Of a stretch of 64,000 nucleotides of DNA, positions 46,678 to 58,800 are shown piece by piece. A program made the position numbers and the translations under genes. The stretch lies in sequence record LC680885.1; one strand, 5' to 3'. Position 1 is the first letter of the stretch. Each line of letters opens with the position of its first letter. This stretch comes from Staphylococcus phage S6. Under the pieces are notes generated by a model. The model was not told the origin of the DNA. It ran no database searches and was given only the letters and a program-made list of their open reading frames with translations.

Positions 46678-49665
46678 ATGGCTATAACACAGTATTTCTC
46701 TAACGAACAAGAGAAAATAGATTTCCTTAATAATGCTAAAATAGATACTGAAAGCGTTATTAAGATAGGAAGTACTTCATACGATGTCAAAGATAAATGG
46801 TTCAATATGGCAACTAAGTTCTTTGAAATTGATACAGAAAATACTCCTATAGATGAAAATGAAGATGAAGATTTAATTTCATTATTAAAAGCTGGATTAT
46901 TTGGTTATATTAATGAAATTAATTCACATGAAGTTAAAAACGCTATATATCACAGAAATGTATTATACGATGAATTATTCTTGAATACAGCTTCTATTCC
47001 TATGTCTATATACAATTTTGCTAAGTTGTATAATGTACCTATTCAAATGGCTAAACCTGCTAATTTTAAAGTAGATTTTGTTATTAGAAAAGATGATGTA
47101 TTAAAATTACCTTCTAAAGAGATTGTATCTACTCAAGAAATAGATAAAAAGAAATCATTAAAAACTTATGAGATAAAATTATCTAAGGATCAAGATTTTA
47201 CAATAGGTAGTTTTAAATATTGTTTACCGTATGATGTATCAATGGTATTAAAACAATATCCAATAACTAGAGATGGAAAAGATGCAATAGATTATAAAAT
47301 TACAGCTAGATATGATATAGATAACGATCTATTTAAATTTTCTTCTATTTTAGATAATAATGTCAAAGTAACTAAGAATATAATAAATGGTGTAGATTAT
47401 ATGTATTTCTCTCTAGATCTATACCAAATAGAAAGAATTTCTAAAGAATTTAATATAACTAGCAATGATATTGCTGAAAATATTTACTTCAATGTTGGTT
47501 ATGAAAATCAATTAGCTGGTTTTAATGTATTCTATGAATACTTAGGTACAAGAACACCTATGGAAACTTATTTTAATAATACTTTTACTCCAGATACAGA
47601 TAATCCTTTCTGTTATTATAATTTCAAAGATGATAATTCATTAGAAATTTCATTCTCAAACATGGCTAATTCTTTTAGACCTAAAGCTAATAGCAAAGTT
47701 ATTGTAGAAACTTTAACTACTAAAGGTGAGAAAGGCAACTTTAGTTATAATGATAATTTAAATGTAGCGTTAGATTCTAATAACACATTTGAAAAAGTAC
47801 CAATAACTATTCTTCCTAAAGGTAATTCAGTTGATGGTCAGAATAGACCGGATGTTTATACTGAAAAAAGAAGAATAATTAATAAAGCTATTACTAGAGA
47901 TAATATTATTACTGACTTTGATATTAAAAACTATTTTAATGATGTTAATGACAATAATAATATTAATAATTCTTTTATTAACTTCATTAAAAAACGTAAT
48001 GATCTTTATACACGTATGTATAATGCTTTCTTATTATTAAGAGATAGTGATAGTAAGGTAATGCCTACAAATACTGCTCCTTATATAGAACTTCCTAAAC
48101 AGTATTTTGAGGGAAATACTTCATTAGGTAATGAAGAAGATGGTTATGTAATACCTGAGAACAGTTTATTCAAATATGATCAAGATAGTAAAAAATACGT
48201 TCACATTGAAAAAGGTTTAGATGATGCTGATGAGAAAGAAAAATTTGAAAAAGATAAAGATTCTTTATATTATGTAAATCCTTATTTAATTAAAATTAAT
48301 AAATATCCTTTCTTATCTACTAACTATTATAAACTTCATGTAAATGAACTATTTACTACTGAATATAAATACATTAATGAATTAATACCTAATAATATTA
48401 CAACTACCGATTTATATGTAGAAAAATTAAATGACTTCAAAAATACTTTGGAATCAGATACATTTAAATTTAGTTTAGAAATTGGTATGGACAGTTCACT
48501 TCAAGAAATGAAAGACTTATTAAAAGTTAGAGCTGTATTATTATCTCAAGAAACTGGTGAAAGATACGGTTATTTTGAATTAAATCCGGAAGAAAGTATT
48601 GAATCTGAAAATAATATTATTGATGAGTCAGATTCAACTGTAGATAAATCTTCTTTATATTCAGGAATGATATCTACTAATAGATCTTTCCATAATGGTA
48701 AATTATCTATAACGGATTCACTTTATAATGATAAAGGTATAGTACAAGATAATGTATTTATAGATGAAAAATTTGTAGTCAAAGTAGGATTACTATATAA
48801 AGATGAAGATATGAGATATTTCAATGATCTTGATATATCTGATGAAATGAATTTCTTTAAAGATGAATTCCCTAGTCATAGAGATGATGAAGTTAGAGAT
48901 TATACATTGGCTTGTTCTATGGAAACTTTTGAAGGAGTATCTATATACAAAGACATGTCACATGTAATGAATAGTACAGTATCTATGACTGATGACAGTT
49001 GTAAAGTAGAATTAGTTCCTTTATTCTCATTAGGATACTTTATGAATAATTATGAAGAAGTTTATAGCGTATTAGAAGGATATAAAGAAATATTAGAAGA
49101 TGCTATACCTAGATTACAAAATAACACTAGTATAGATATGAAGCTTTATAATACTAAAGGACCTTCTAATAATTATTATCTAGATACTGAATTAGACGAT
49201 GATAATTTAAATAATAAATATATCTCTAGAACGGATATACTATTGGATTTAAATATCACTCTATATGCACCTATTAATGATTTCTTAGATGGAGAAATTA
49301 AACGTTATATTTCTGATTTTGTAGAAGCATGTAATGAAAAAGGTGTATTACCTATATCTAACTTAATTAGATTATTAGAACAAAACTTCGATATAATCAA
49401 GTATATAGTATTTAATGGTATTTCTGGTAAGTATGCTGAAAAAGTAGACAACCATTATCAAAAACTACTTAATACTAATATAAACTATATGGATCTAAGT
49501 AAACAAGAAATTATTGAATACGTTCCTGAATTTATTAATATCAAAAAATCTCTTAAAGATAATAAGGTTGAAGTGAGTAATGAAGATTCAGAGGATGGAA
49601 CAACGGTTATTGATTTAGGTTTATCTTACGATGATGTAGTTAATATAACTTATTCAATCTCATAA
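46678..49665 (+). CDS. hypothetical large protein (possibly structural)
   Basis: 995-aa ORF, 24 nt after the previous gene. Confidence 0.55.
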   Translation: MAITQYFSNEQEKIDFLNNAKIDTESVIKIGSTSYDVKDKWFNMATKFFEIDTENTPIDENEDEDLISLLKAGLFGYINEINSHEVKNAIYHRNVLYDELFLNTASIPMSIYNFAKLYNVPIQMAKPANFKVDFVIRKDDVLKLPSKEIVSTQEIDKKKSLKTYEIKLSKDQDFTIGSFKYCLPYDVSMVLKQYPITRDGKDAIDYKITARYDIDNDLFKFSSILDNNVKVTKNIINGVDYMYFSLDLYQIERISKEFNITSNDIAENIYFNVGYENQLAGFNVFYEYLGTRTPMETYFNNTFTPDTDNPFCYYNFKDDNSLEISFSNMANSFRPKANSKVIVETLTTKGEKGNFSYNDNLNVALDSNNTFEKVPITILPKGNSVDGQNRPDVYTEKRRIINKAITRDNIITDFDIKNYFNDVNDNNNINNSFINFIKKRNDLYTRMYNAFLLLRDSDSKVMPTNTAPYIELPKQYFEGNTSLGNEEDGYVIPENSLFKYDQDSKKYVHIEKGLDDADEKEKFEKDKDSLYYVNPYLIKINKYPFLSTNYYKLHVNELFTTEYKYINELIPNNITTTDLYVEKLNDFKNTLESDTFKFSLEIGMDSSLQEMKDLLKVRAVLLSQETGERYGYFELNPEESIESENNIIDESDSTVDKSSLYSGMISTNRSFHNGKLSITDSLYNDKGIVQDNVFIDEKFVVKVGLLYKDEDMRYFNDLDISDEMNFFKDEFPSHRDDEVRDYTLACSMETFEGVSIYKDMSHVMNSTVSMTDDSCKVELVPLFSLGYFMNNYEEVYSVLEGYKEILEDAIPRLQNNTSIDMKLYNTKGPSNNYYLDTELDDDNLNNKYISRTDILLDLNITLYAPINDFLDGEIKRYISDFVEACNEKGVLPISNLIRLLEQNFDIIKYIVFNGISGKYAEKVDNHYQKLLNTNINYMDLSKQEIIEYVPEFINIKKSLKDNKVEVSNEDSEDGTTVIDLGLSYDDVVNITYSIS

Positions 49666-49703
49666 AAATAAAATTATAATATAAAGAAAGAGGTATAAAT
49701 ATA

Positions 49704-50684
49704 ATGGCTAAAACATTTATTTCTGATTACCGCAAAAAACAAGCTGGTTTAAATAGAAAAGCAGCTAATGCTTTAGAACAGAAAAAATACACTGATCAAA
49801 TTAATGAAGAATTAGAAGTTTCAAAAGAGAAAGATTTAATTGCAGGTAGAAATAATAAATTACGTGCAACTAACAAGAAAGCTATTGATAATGCTAAAAA
49901 TAAATCAGAAAGAGAATTAAAAGACTTAAATGCACAAACTATTATGACTACTTTATTCTCAGCATTAGTATTTAATACTTTCCCTAACAAAATTGCTGAC
50001 AAATCTAAATTACGTGAGAAAATTGTTTCTAAAAGTAGAATGTTCTTTAATGAAGCAATTAATGCAGAATTAGCTGACTATCAAGGTAGTGAAGTATTCT
50101 CTAACGCTAAATTTAATGCAGACGTGTACGCTAAAGATGCTCGTGGAGTTATTGATCCTAAAGACTCTATTAAAGGAGCTAAAGTAGTATACAAAAAAGG
50201 TAGAACTGAATTCGATTACCTAACAAATGTAGTCGCTAAGAAAATTGAATCAGCTGTAATTCGTGAATCTGAATTAGTTGATGTTCGTGAAAAATTAAAC
50301 GAAAGCTTAGCAGACACACATAAAAAGAACAATAAAACACTATTCCGTACTTTACATGAATCAGCTATTAATAATATTGTAAATGATGAAGCTTATCTTA
50401 ATGAAGAAATTTCAGCAGAAGAAGTTAACATGGATGCTTTAGTAGAAGCTACTTTAGATTATACTATTATGGAATTAATCCATACAGCTAAATTGAGCAC
50501 ATTCAATATGGGTGAAGTTCAAAAAGCTGTTAAGAATGGTACAATTAAAGTTAATACTAAACAAAATAGTAAAATAAAACCTGAAAATGGTTCTACTAAA
50601 CCTTCAGCTGATGGAGTTAAACCTAGAACTATTGAAAATGAAAATAAACCAAAATCAGGTTCTGTTAAGTTAAACGAAGAATAA
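49704..50684 (+). CDS. hypothetical protein
   Basis: 326-aa ORF. Confidence 0.55.
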   Translation: MAKTFISDYRKKQAGLNRKAANALEQKKYTDQINEELEVSKEKDLIAGRNNKLRATNKKAIDNAKNKSERELKDLNAQTIMTTLFSALVFNTFPNKIADKSKLREKIVSKSRMFFNEAINAELADYQGSEVFSNAKFNADVYAKDARGVIDPKDSIKGAKVVYKKGRTEFDYLTNVVAKKIESAVIRESELVDVREKLNESLADTHKKNNKTLFRTLHESAINNIVNDEAYLNEEISAEEVNMDALVEATLDYTIMELIHTAKLSTFNMGEVQKAVKNGTIKVNTKQNSKIKPENGSTKPSADGVKPRTIENENKPKSGSVKLNEE

Positions 50685-50700
50685 AAAAAAATAATATAAA

Positions 50701-50733
50701 TCCCCCTAATACTAAATTAATAGTATTAGGGGA
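50701..50733. terminator. bidirectional terminator hairpin TCCCCCTAATACTA/TAGTATTAGGGGA
   Basis: 13/14-bp inverted repeat between convergent genes with A-run before and T-run after. Confidence 0.65.
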
Positions 50734-50739
50734 TTATTT

Positions 50740-52494
50740 TTAAAAGTCATCAAATATTTGACCTGGTTCAAATGTTTTATCTTCTTGAGAAGGTGATTGA
50801 GCTAATGCACTTGACTTAAATTGATTAGCTATAGTTGACATTTTATTTTTAGCACGTTCAGAATCCATAGTATTTTCTAAATTAGAACCAATTGATTCTA
50901 CACCTTTAATTTCAGGCGTTCCTTCATCAACAGCAAGTTTAAATGAATTATCAAATGGTTGAGCGAAGTATTCAATTCTATCTTCACCCATTTTACCACG
51001 ACTAGCAATTAATTTAAATGATAAATGATCATCTTGAGATTCATCTCTACCATTTTCTCTATTTATAATCATACCATAGTCTAAGTTTTCTAATATCATT
51101 GCTGATTCTGCAATTTGACTTCTGTCTAATTGTTTAGCAATATCTGTTTTATTTTCAGATAAAGCTTTTTCTACATTTCTATATGCTTCTCTGTTTAATT
51201 GTGCCGCTGTTACTAATGGTATTTCTTTTTCTTTAGCAAATACCGTAAATTCGTTAGTGATTTCACCAAGTCTAATACGTAAATCTTCAATATGATCTGA
51301 AGCTCTAATACGTTTTAAATAGTCTTGTACCATCATAATCATTTGATATCCTTGATCTGCTAAATTCTCATATACTTCATACAAGTAGTCAGTTGATACT
51401 TCATTATTTTTCTTATATTCAACAACTAAACTAATTCCTGTTTTCTCATAAGTATATTTAATTAATTCATTTACACATTCTTGAGGTGTTTGATCTGACT
51501 CACTCATAGAATATCCAGTAATATATTCATACATACGATCTAATGATTCACTCATAGAGTTTTCCATAGTTAAATAATAAACTACTGGTTTTTTATTAGG
51601 ATCTAATGACTGTATATCACTTGCTTTATTAGCTAGTGTAACTGACATTAACATATTTAATAATGTACCTGATTTAAATGATTTTGGTGTCCCGAAGAAT
51701 GAATAAACACGACCATTCTCGAAACCTCCATTAATCATTTTATTCAACATCTTATAACCAGTTTTTAATTTATTAGATGGATTACGTAATTTTTCAATAG
51801 AATCTGCCATTACTTCTACAGCATTATCTACTTCTAAAAAGTTAATAAAGCTATTTTTAGCACTTCCCGCTCCATTAGAAGTTCTTTTAATAACTTTAGT
51901 AACATCTGATATTGGTTCTAAAACTTGTTTAAGTAAATCAGTTGGATTTAATCTATCCATAGTAATTTGATCATAAATATATTTAAATACATCTGCTTTT
52001 TGATAAAGTTCTAAAGTAGCAAATCTTTCTTTAATATACGTATTAATTTGATCAATTTCTCTATCTGACAATTGTTCTATTTCATTTTTATAATAATTAT
52101 CAATTGTTTTAAGAGTTTCATATAAATGACTTTCTGACATTTGATTTTTAAATTTATCGATTAAATGTTCAATTAATATTTCTGGTGATTCAATAGATTC
52201 TTCAATTCTTATCTTAACTAATTCTTTAAGAACTTTAATTGTATCTTTTTGATGTTGCTGCCCTTCATCATATACATACTCTTCATTAATGTTCTCTAAA
52301 AATTTATTTAACCTTTTTAAATTAGTTGCATTAATTAATCTATTTTCTGTAATAGTATATTTAACAATTTGTATTAATGTGTTATAAGGTATACTTATAT
52401 TAGCGTAATTTATAAGTTGATTATTTTCATTAATGTAAAAACTTTCGTTGTTTTTTCCTTTTGAATTGTCTAAAAATGCCATAATGTCAAACAC
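50740..52494 (-). CDS. DnaB-like replicative helicase (RecA-fold C-terminal domain)
   Basis: Walker-A-like FFGTPKSFKSGTL. IMMVQDYLKRI...ITNEFTVFAKEKEIPLVTAAQLNREAYR matches DnaB motifs H2-H4 (..VIDYLQL...ISRSLKALAKEL.VPVVALSQLNR). Confidence 0.6.
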   Translation of the reverse strand: MFDIMAFLDNSKGKNNESFYINENNQLINYANISIPYNTLIQIVKYTITENRLINATNLKRLNKFLENINEEYVYDEGQQHQKDTIKVLKELVKIRIEESIESPEILIEHLIDKFKNQMSESHLYETLKTIDNYYKNEIEQLSDREIDQINTYIKERFATLELYQKADVFKYIYDQITMDRLNPTDLLKQVLEPISDVTKVIKRTSNGAGSAKNSFINFLEVDNAVEVMADSIEKLRNPSNKLKTGYKMLNKMINGGFENGRVYSFFGTPKSFKSGTLLNMLMSVTLANKASDIQSLDPNKKPVVYYLTMENSMSESLDRMYEYITGYSMSESDQTPQECVNELIKYTYEKTGISLVVEYKKNNEVSTDYLYEVYENLADQGYQMIMMVQDYLKRIRASDHIEDLRIRLGEITNEFTVFAKEKEIPLVTAAQLNREAYRNVEKALSENKTDIAKQLDRSQIAESAMILENLDYGMIINRENGRDESQDDHLSFKLIASRGKMGEDRIEYFAQPFDNSFKLAVDEGTPEIKGVESIGSNLENTMDSERAKNKMSTIANQFKSSALAQSPSQEDKTFEPGQIFDDF

Positions 52495-52506
52495 TCTCCG
52501 TTACTA

Positions 52507-53658
52507 TTATTTTTCTTTTGTTAAGTTGATCAAGTCTTCAAAATCTGGATCAATAATATTTTTAACTTCTTTCAAATCTAATTCTTTATCATGTTTTATA
52601 GAATTAAATTTAACAATTGTTTCAGGTGTATCAAGTTCATCATCTAATATGAATTGATACTTTTCATCTACTTTTACTTCCTTGATATTTTTGTTGTTAA
52701 ATTGAACTTTGATATTTTTATCAGAACTTGAAATTTGCTTAATTATATCAACATCATCCTTAGAACTAGAAACAAATCTTACATAATCATTTTCTTGACG
52801 TAACTCATTGATTATTTCTAGTTTCTTTTGGTCTGTTAGCTCCTCATATTGATCCATATTTATAGTAACGTAAGTTGGTGCGTCTTCATTTTCAATTAAT
52901 TCTACATTGTAATTATCTGTATCAAGATCATTAGTTACGACTAAAAATCCTTTATCTTCAGTATCTTTAAATGAATATCTTGAATATGAACCAGTGTAAT
53001 ATACTTTATCTTTATATTCATGATAATCATGAATATGACCATATACAGAAACACCTTTAGTAACTCTCATTAATTCTTTTGCTTCTAATATTGGAGCTGA
53101 CTTAACAGGATTTTCTGAGTCATCTTCATCTGGTACAAATGTAACAAAATCAATCATTCCATGACCAAATATATTATCATACGTATTGTCTTCAACTGAA
53201 TATAGTAGCTCATTATAAAATTCTTTCTTATCATCTGGATATTCTTCAGGTATATATAGTACATTAACTTCTTTACCATTGTGCTTAATTAACTCTGATT
53301 CTAGTGAATTAATAATTTTAAAATTATCATATTCTAATTCGTTTTGGTTAAATACATCAAGTTGATTAAAATCATGTGTTTTAGTTCCTTTAATCAATCT
53401 GAGTAAGAAATTTTTATCTTTAGATAATTCAAACATTGTATCCATGAATTCTAGAACTTCTTTACCAGCAGGTTCATTAAATCTAATAACTCTATCAAAT
53501 AAATCACCTGAAATAACTACCATATCAATATCATCATTATCTTTTATATATTTTAAAAAGTATTTATCTAATTCTTCTGATAATTTCTTAGGATTCTTTT
53601 TACCATAGTGTATATCAGCTATTACAACTGTCTTAAATTCATTACTCATTTTCATCAT
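52507..53658 (-). CDS. calcineurin-like metallophosphoesterase, SbcD/Mre11 (T4 gp47)-like nuclease
   Basis: VVIADIHYG...VISGDLFDR phosphoesterase motifs I-III. Length 383 aa. Confidence 0.55.
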   Translation of the reverse strand: MMKMSNEFKTVVIADIHYGKKNPKKLSEELDKYFLKYIKDNDDIDMVVISGDLFDRVIRFNEPAGKEVLEFMDTMFELSKDKNFLLRLIKGTKTHDFNQLDVFNQNELEYDNFKIINSLESELIKHNGKEVNVLYIPEEYPDDKKEFYNELLYSVEDNTYDNIFGHGMIDFVTFVPDEDDSENPVKSAPILEAKELMRVTKGVSVYGHIHDYHEYKDKVYYTGSYSRYSFKDTEDKGFLVVTNDLDTDNYNVELIENEDAPTYVTINMDQYEELTDQKKLEIINELRQENDYVRFVSSSKDDVDIIKQISSSDKNIKVQFNNKNIKEVKVDEKYQFILDDELDTPETIVKFNSIKHDKELDLKEVKNIIDPDFEDLINLTKEK

Positions 53659-54025
53659 CCTTTGCTAAAAAGTCTATCATCTTCATAAGTGTTTCTTTTA
53701 CATAGTCTAAACTTTTATAAGTTGCTTTATCGTCTTTCATCATTAAATTGTTGAAATATATTTCTGGAGACAAATCATCTATTAAGTGACAACAATCAAA
53801 ACCAATTATTCCATTATTATCATACGTAATTCCACCATGAGAATAATATTCAACATCTTTATCATAATTATCTCCAACTTCAATATAGCCATTTAAAAAT
53901 CCTAAATCATGTCTGACTATAAATGCTTTATAACCTTTATATTCAAATTCATACTTATTCTTTCTAACTCCAAGTATTTTATCTTCTTTTTCTATAATAT
54001 GTTTAAGTGTATCAGCATCAATCAT
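53642..54025 (-). CDS. hypothetical protein
   Basis: 127 aa. Overlaps the previous gene by 17 nt. Confidence 0.45.
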   Translation of the reverse strand: MIDADTLKHIIEKEDKILGVRKNKYEFEYKGYKAFIVRHDLGFLNGYIEVGDNYDKDVEYYSHGGITYDNNGIIGFDCCHLIDDLSPEIYFNNLMMKDDKATYKSLDYVKETLMKMIDFLAKDDENE

Positions 54026-54030
54026 TTTGT

Positions 54031-54519
54031 TTATTCATCTCCATTATCTCGATTATCTATTTCCATTAATAGTTGCATTTTTCTATCAAATTCACCAGAT
54101 TCAATATTTTCTTTAATAGTTTCTTTTAATTTACTGTCAATATTTTCTCTATTAGTTTTAATGAATTCAAATACTGCTTTAGCTAATTCATCATCCATAC
54201 TAATTAAATTAGCTTCATTATTTTCATCAAAATCTAAGTAAGCAAAAGCTGTAGTTCCAAAACATGGTAACCCACCAAACATCATGAAATTAATATCTTC
54301 TGTTGTAAATCTGTCTTCTACTTTTCCAAAATAAGTAAATGAAACTACTGAATGCATTGGTGCTGGCATTACATCCATTGTTATATTCTCTACCGGTATA
54401 TCTAATTCTTCAGCCATAACTTCATACATATTTTCTTCTTCAAATTGGATTTTCTTTCTAGTATAATTATCCTCATTAGGTTTAATAAAAACAAAATTAA
54501 TTTCCATTATCCATTTCAT
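54031..54519 (-). CDS. hypothetical protein
   Basis: 162-aa ORF. Confidence 0.5.
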   Translation of the reverse strand: MKWIMEINFVFIKPNEDNYTRKKIQFEEENMYEVMAEELDIPVENITMDVMPAPMHSVVSFTYFGKVEDRFTTEDINFMMFGGLPCFGTTAFAYLDFDENNEANLISMDDELAKAVFEFIKTNRENIDSKLKETIKENIESGEFDRKMQLLMEIDNRDNGDE

Positions 54520-54843
54520 CTCCTATAAATTAGTATTTTATTATATTTATATATTAATTCACATTTCAAAATTTCTTAACCAAAATTTTTTAAAATTCAC
54601 ACATAATAATATAATATTAGGGGTTAGGGGTTAAGAATTAAAAATATATAAATATCAATAATTACTTTAATATAATATATATTTAATATATAAATTCATT
54701 TTTAATAAATATATTTATTAAAAATAATATTAATAAAAAATTAATTAATAAATATTAATGAAATTTATACATGTATAAGAAAATAATGAAAACTAATAAA
54801 AAATGACTATAACAATTAAATATTAAAATAAAAGACAGAAAAG
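54520..54843. promoter_or_regulatory. extremely AT-rich (about 90% AT) divergent intergenic region; candidate bidirectional promoter cluster or origin-like region
   Basis: About 320 bp without an ORF between divergent gene blocks. Contains tatatattt/aatatta iterations and a GGGGTTAGGGGTTAAG element. Confidence 0.35.
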
Positions 54844-55752
54844 GTGAAAATATTGAAAACTTATGGTTTAAATGAATCAGAATTATATAGACAATTAAAC
54901 TTAGATGTAAATAGATTTACTAAGCAAATTAAATCAGAACATTTAATGGGTCAAGACCAATTAGCAGATACATTTAGTATTATTAAAAACCGTATAAACC
55001 AAGCTTCTAAAAACGAAGTAATAGATAAATTAGAGAATGGAGATATTCTTCTACTTAATTCAAAAGAAGTTAAATTACCTAACTTTATGCCAGTATTAAA
55101 CATTCAAGGCAATAAAGCTTTAGTAAATATCACTCCATATATCAAATCTAATATGAGTATTAATCCAAATACATTATTCGGTTTATCTCAAGCAGGATTA
55201 ATTAATATTAAAGTTAAGAAAGATGCTAATAAAATTAGAAACAATGCTAAATTATTAATTTATTCTAGTCAAATTTATTCTAAATTAACTACTAAAGTAA
55301 TGGATAAACTTTATGCAACTAATATTAATAAAAAAGATTCTGACTTAATTTCATACATGTTTGCAAAGTTCTTTTTAGTTAGTATTATTGGTAGAACTAA
55401 CGATGATTCAACAGAACAGATTGCATATAAATCATGTCACAATAGAACAGATTTTGAAGTTATTAAAGATATGGAAAGTAAATTTGATGGTCAATCTTCA
55501 ATGTTAAACCTATTCAGTTTATTCAAAGAATTTAAAAAACATCCTAACTTTAATAAATTTTCATCAAGATCATTCATTGAGAACTTTACTAAAATGTACG
55601 GAGAAACTTCAATATTAGCTATTGATCATTTACCTTCATTCTTTACTATGATCTTTTCAGCTTATGTAAATGCAGGAATTAATAAAGAATTTATCATTCT
55701 TAATGCAATTAATGATAAAATTATTATCAACTGTTATAGAAGTTTCTTTTAA
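54844..55752 (+). CDS. hypothetical protein
   Basis: 302 aa. GTG at 54844 or TTG at 54853 (AAGGTG 7 nt upstream). Confidence 0.5.
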   Translation: MKILKTYGLNESELYRQLNLDVNRFTKQIKSEHLMGQDQLADTFSIIKNRINQASKNEVIDKLENGDILLLNSKEVKLPNFMPVLNIQGNKALVNITPYIKSNMSINPNTLFGLSQAGLINIKVKKDANKIRNNAKLLIYSSQIYSKLTTKVMDKLYATNINKKDSDLISYMFAKFFLVSIIGRTNDDSTEQIAYKSCHNRTDFEVIKDMESKFDGQSSMLNLFSLFKEFKKHPNFNKFSSRSFIENFTKMYGETSILAIDHLPSFFTMIFSAYVNAGINKEFIILNAINDKIIINCYRSFF

Positions 55753-55828
55753 TTAATTAGAGTCAATCAACTTAATCAATAATAGTTGATTGACTCATAT
55801 TTATGAAAGAAAGGAGAACTGAAGTAAT

Positions 55829-58800
55829 TTGAGTATTAAATTAAATAATGAATTGTATTATAATCTCAGAGATAAAACTAGACTAAGTAAAGTAGAAAAT
55901 ACTCAAGAATTAGTCACTGGTAGTTTTTATACATTTTATAATGATTTACTTTTAGAGATTAGATACGATAATAAAATATATGTGTATACAGGATATTCAA
56001 CTCAAGGAGACCATGTATTAGAATTAAGTTTCCTTAAAGAAGAATTAGATAATGATACTATAGAAGATGTATTTATGTACGATAATATACTTGTAATAAT
56101 TAGTGAAAAAGGTTATTACAGATGTTTTATGGATCAATTAACAGAAAACATTAATAACACTTCAGCTGAGGTTATTTATAGTTATAATTTCTATAGATCA
56201 AGTGAAGAATTAAATTATAGACCTTATTCTTTATTAGATGATATGATCTGTATTAAAGAAGCTAATGATACTTTAGTAATTAGAAGTATTAAAACAGATG
56301 CTTACACTAAAACAATTGTATTTAATAAGAATATTGAAGGTTTTAGTTTCTTATATGAAAATGGTTTAGCTATCAGCTTTTATGGAGAACCTTATCATAT
56401 TCATGTGTATGACTTTAAAGAAGAAAAATACACTCAAAAATTTACTATTAATGAGAATATCAATCAATATGAATATGATATACAACATCAAATAACTAGA
56501 ATATTTAAATTTAAAAATTCTTTATATTATGCTACTCGTTCAGGTAGAATATATAGAAGTGATATTAAAGATAAATTAATAAGCTCAATGTCTTACAGAT
56601 TTTATCAATCAGGTTCATCGATTGATTATATTAAATCTTATGGTAATTATATAACTTTCTCTAATAGAAGTAATAATATACTAATTTATAACACTGATTA
56701 TGATAGAAAAGAAATTCTTAAAAATGATTATCTAGTTAAATCATTAGCTATAAGTAATTTTATTATGGTAGTTTCTTTATATGATAGTATTGATGAAGAT
56801 TATAAGAAACGTATTATAGAAAGTGGAGTTATTCCTGAAGATATTAACTTAAACCCAGTTCATAAATATGTAATGTATAATCCTCCTAGTATAGAGGTTT
56901 TAAAAGAGAAATTAGAATATAGATTTGATAAACCTGAAGATCCATTGGTATATATTAATCTTAATATTAAATTAGCTGAAAATAAATTAAATAATTTCGA
57001 TAGAAGTCAATATCGTGTTAAATTAAATATTAGTCATTCAGATAATTCCAATGTAGTTGAAGAATCTGACGTTAAAATATATAAACAACAAGGTACAGTT
57101 AAAAACATGTACATTAAAATTGGTAGGAAATCTCAATGGGTTGATAATAATAAATTACTTTCTTTATTAGAAAATGGAGAATTATTATACAGATTCACTA
57201 TAGATAATATGGATAACTATGTAACTTTCTATAATATTAATTATCCTAATATAGGAAGCGATTTTTATAGACATTTAACTGACACTGAAGTATTTCCTGA
57301 TAGATCTCCTGAGAAGAGTCACTATGATGCTTTATCAGAAGAATTAAATATTAAGGATATATTTAACGGTGCTGAAGATGAAAAAGTTATTTCATTATTA
57401 TCTAATTTAGTAAATGAGAAAGTTATATATCCTTCATCTAATCTACGTATTGATTCCGAAGATATGTATTTGGATTATCCAGATTATGATCCAAGAAGAT
57501 ATATTGATTTAAGTAACGAATATCCTAACGGTCAATTAGATACTAATGTAATTAATTCAGATGTCTATTTTGATGGCCTTAAAATATTTAAAAATGATAT
57601 TCTTCAGAAAGATAATTTTGATGGATCAGTTAATGTATATCTAAATCATTTAGCTATGAAAAAATACATGAATGATAAGAATTATGAATATACTATTCAT
57701 GATAGAAAATTATCTAAACACGATAATTTCATTATATCAAATAAATCTAGAAGCTTGTATCAAACTGAAAAATTAATGGTTAAACATACAGTCACTAATG
57801 ATTATGAAAACCAAACATCATTACTGCCAACTAAAGGTATTTTATTACCTAATACTAGAGTTAATCAATTTAAGATTCAAAATATTAGAGTATATGTTAA
57901 AGTATACAATACTAGTGAAAATGGTAATGAATATTATCATAGATTAAATCCAAGAAACTTTAATCTTTGGATTGATAAGGAATATAATATGCTTAGAGTT
58001 GCTGTTTATGGTATACAAATTCCCGAAGGTTCTACATTAATGATTATGGATAATGGTTTAACTAATAATGTTATTCTATATGATAAACTTAATTACATTA
58101 AACGTGATATTGATAGTTTACCTATAGTTGAAGTTGGACCTAATGGAGAATTATTAACTGAATTAAGTAGAAGAACTGAAGATGTTGAAGTTATTGTAGA
58201 TGGATTAACTTTAATACCTGGTAGAGATTTCCATGTAATGAACACTCCTAATGATCCAGATATTCCTTCTTTAGTTGCTTTCAGAAATGTTATTCCTAAT
58301 ACAGCTAAAGTAGAAATTACATTACTAAATGAAAATTCATCTGACGTATATTACTTTAAACGTCCTGCAGTTGATACAACTAATGTATTTGTACTACCAG
58401 ATGATAAGAGAATATTTACTAATAATATCTATCAAAATGACCCATATAAAGATATTAACTTATTAAAAGATTCTGATGAAGATGTTATAACTAAGGAAAA
58501 TGTAGTTAAAGAATACGAATTGCTTGAACCATTAGAAAAAAATGTAGATTATACATTAACTATGAGAGGTCAATTACCTATTGATATTGATCATCTTAAT
58601 ATAACTTCTAATGGAACTACTAAATCTATTGCCGAAATTCAATCAAATTCTTATGATGAAGATACTAAAACTTATCAAGTTAAATTTAAACTAGAAGACT
58701 TAGGTGACGGTTATAATACCGGTTTAGTCATTAGAAAAACTCAAGAAAGTACTAGAGATGTTAAAATTGATTGGATTAAATTGAAGAAAGAATCTCATTC

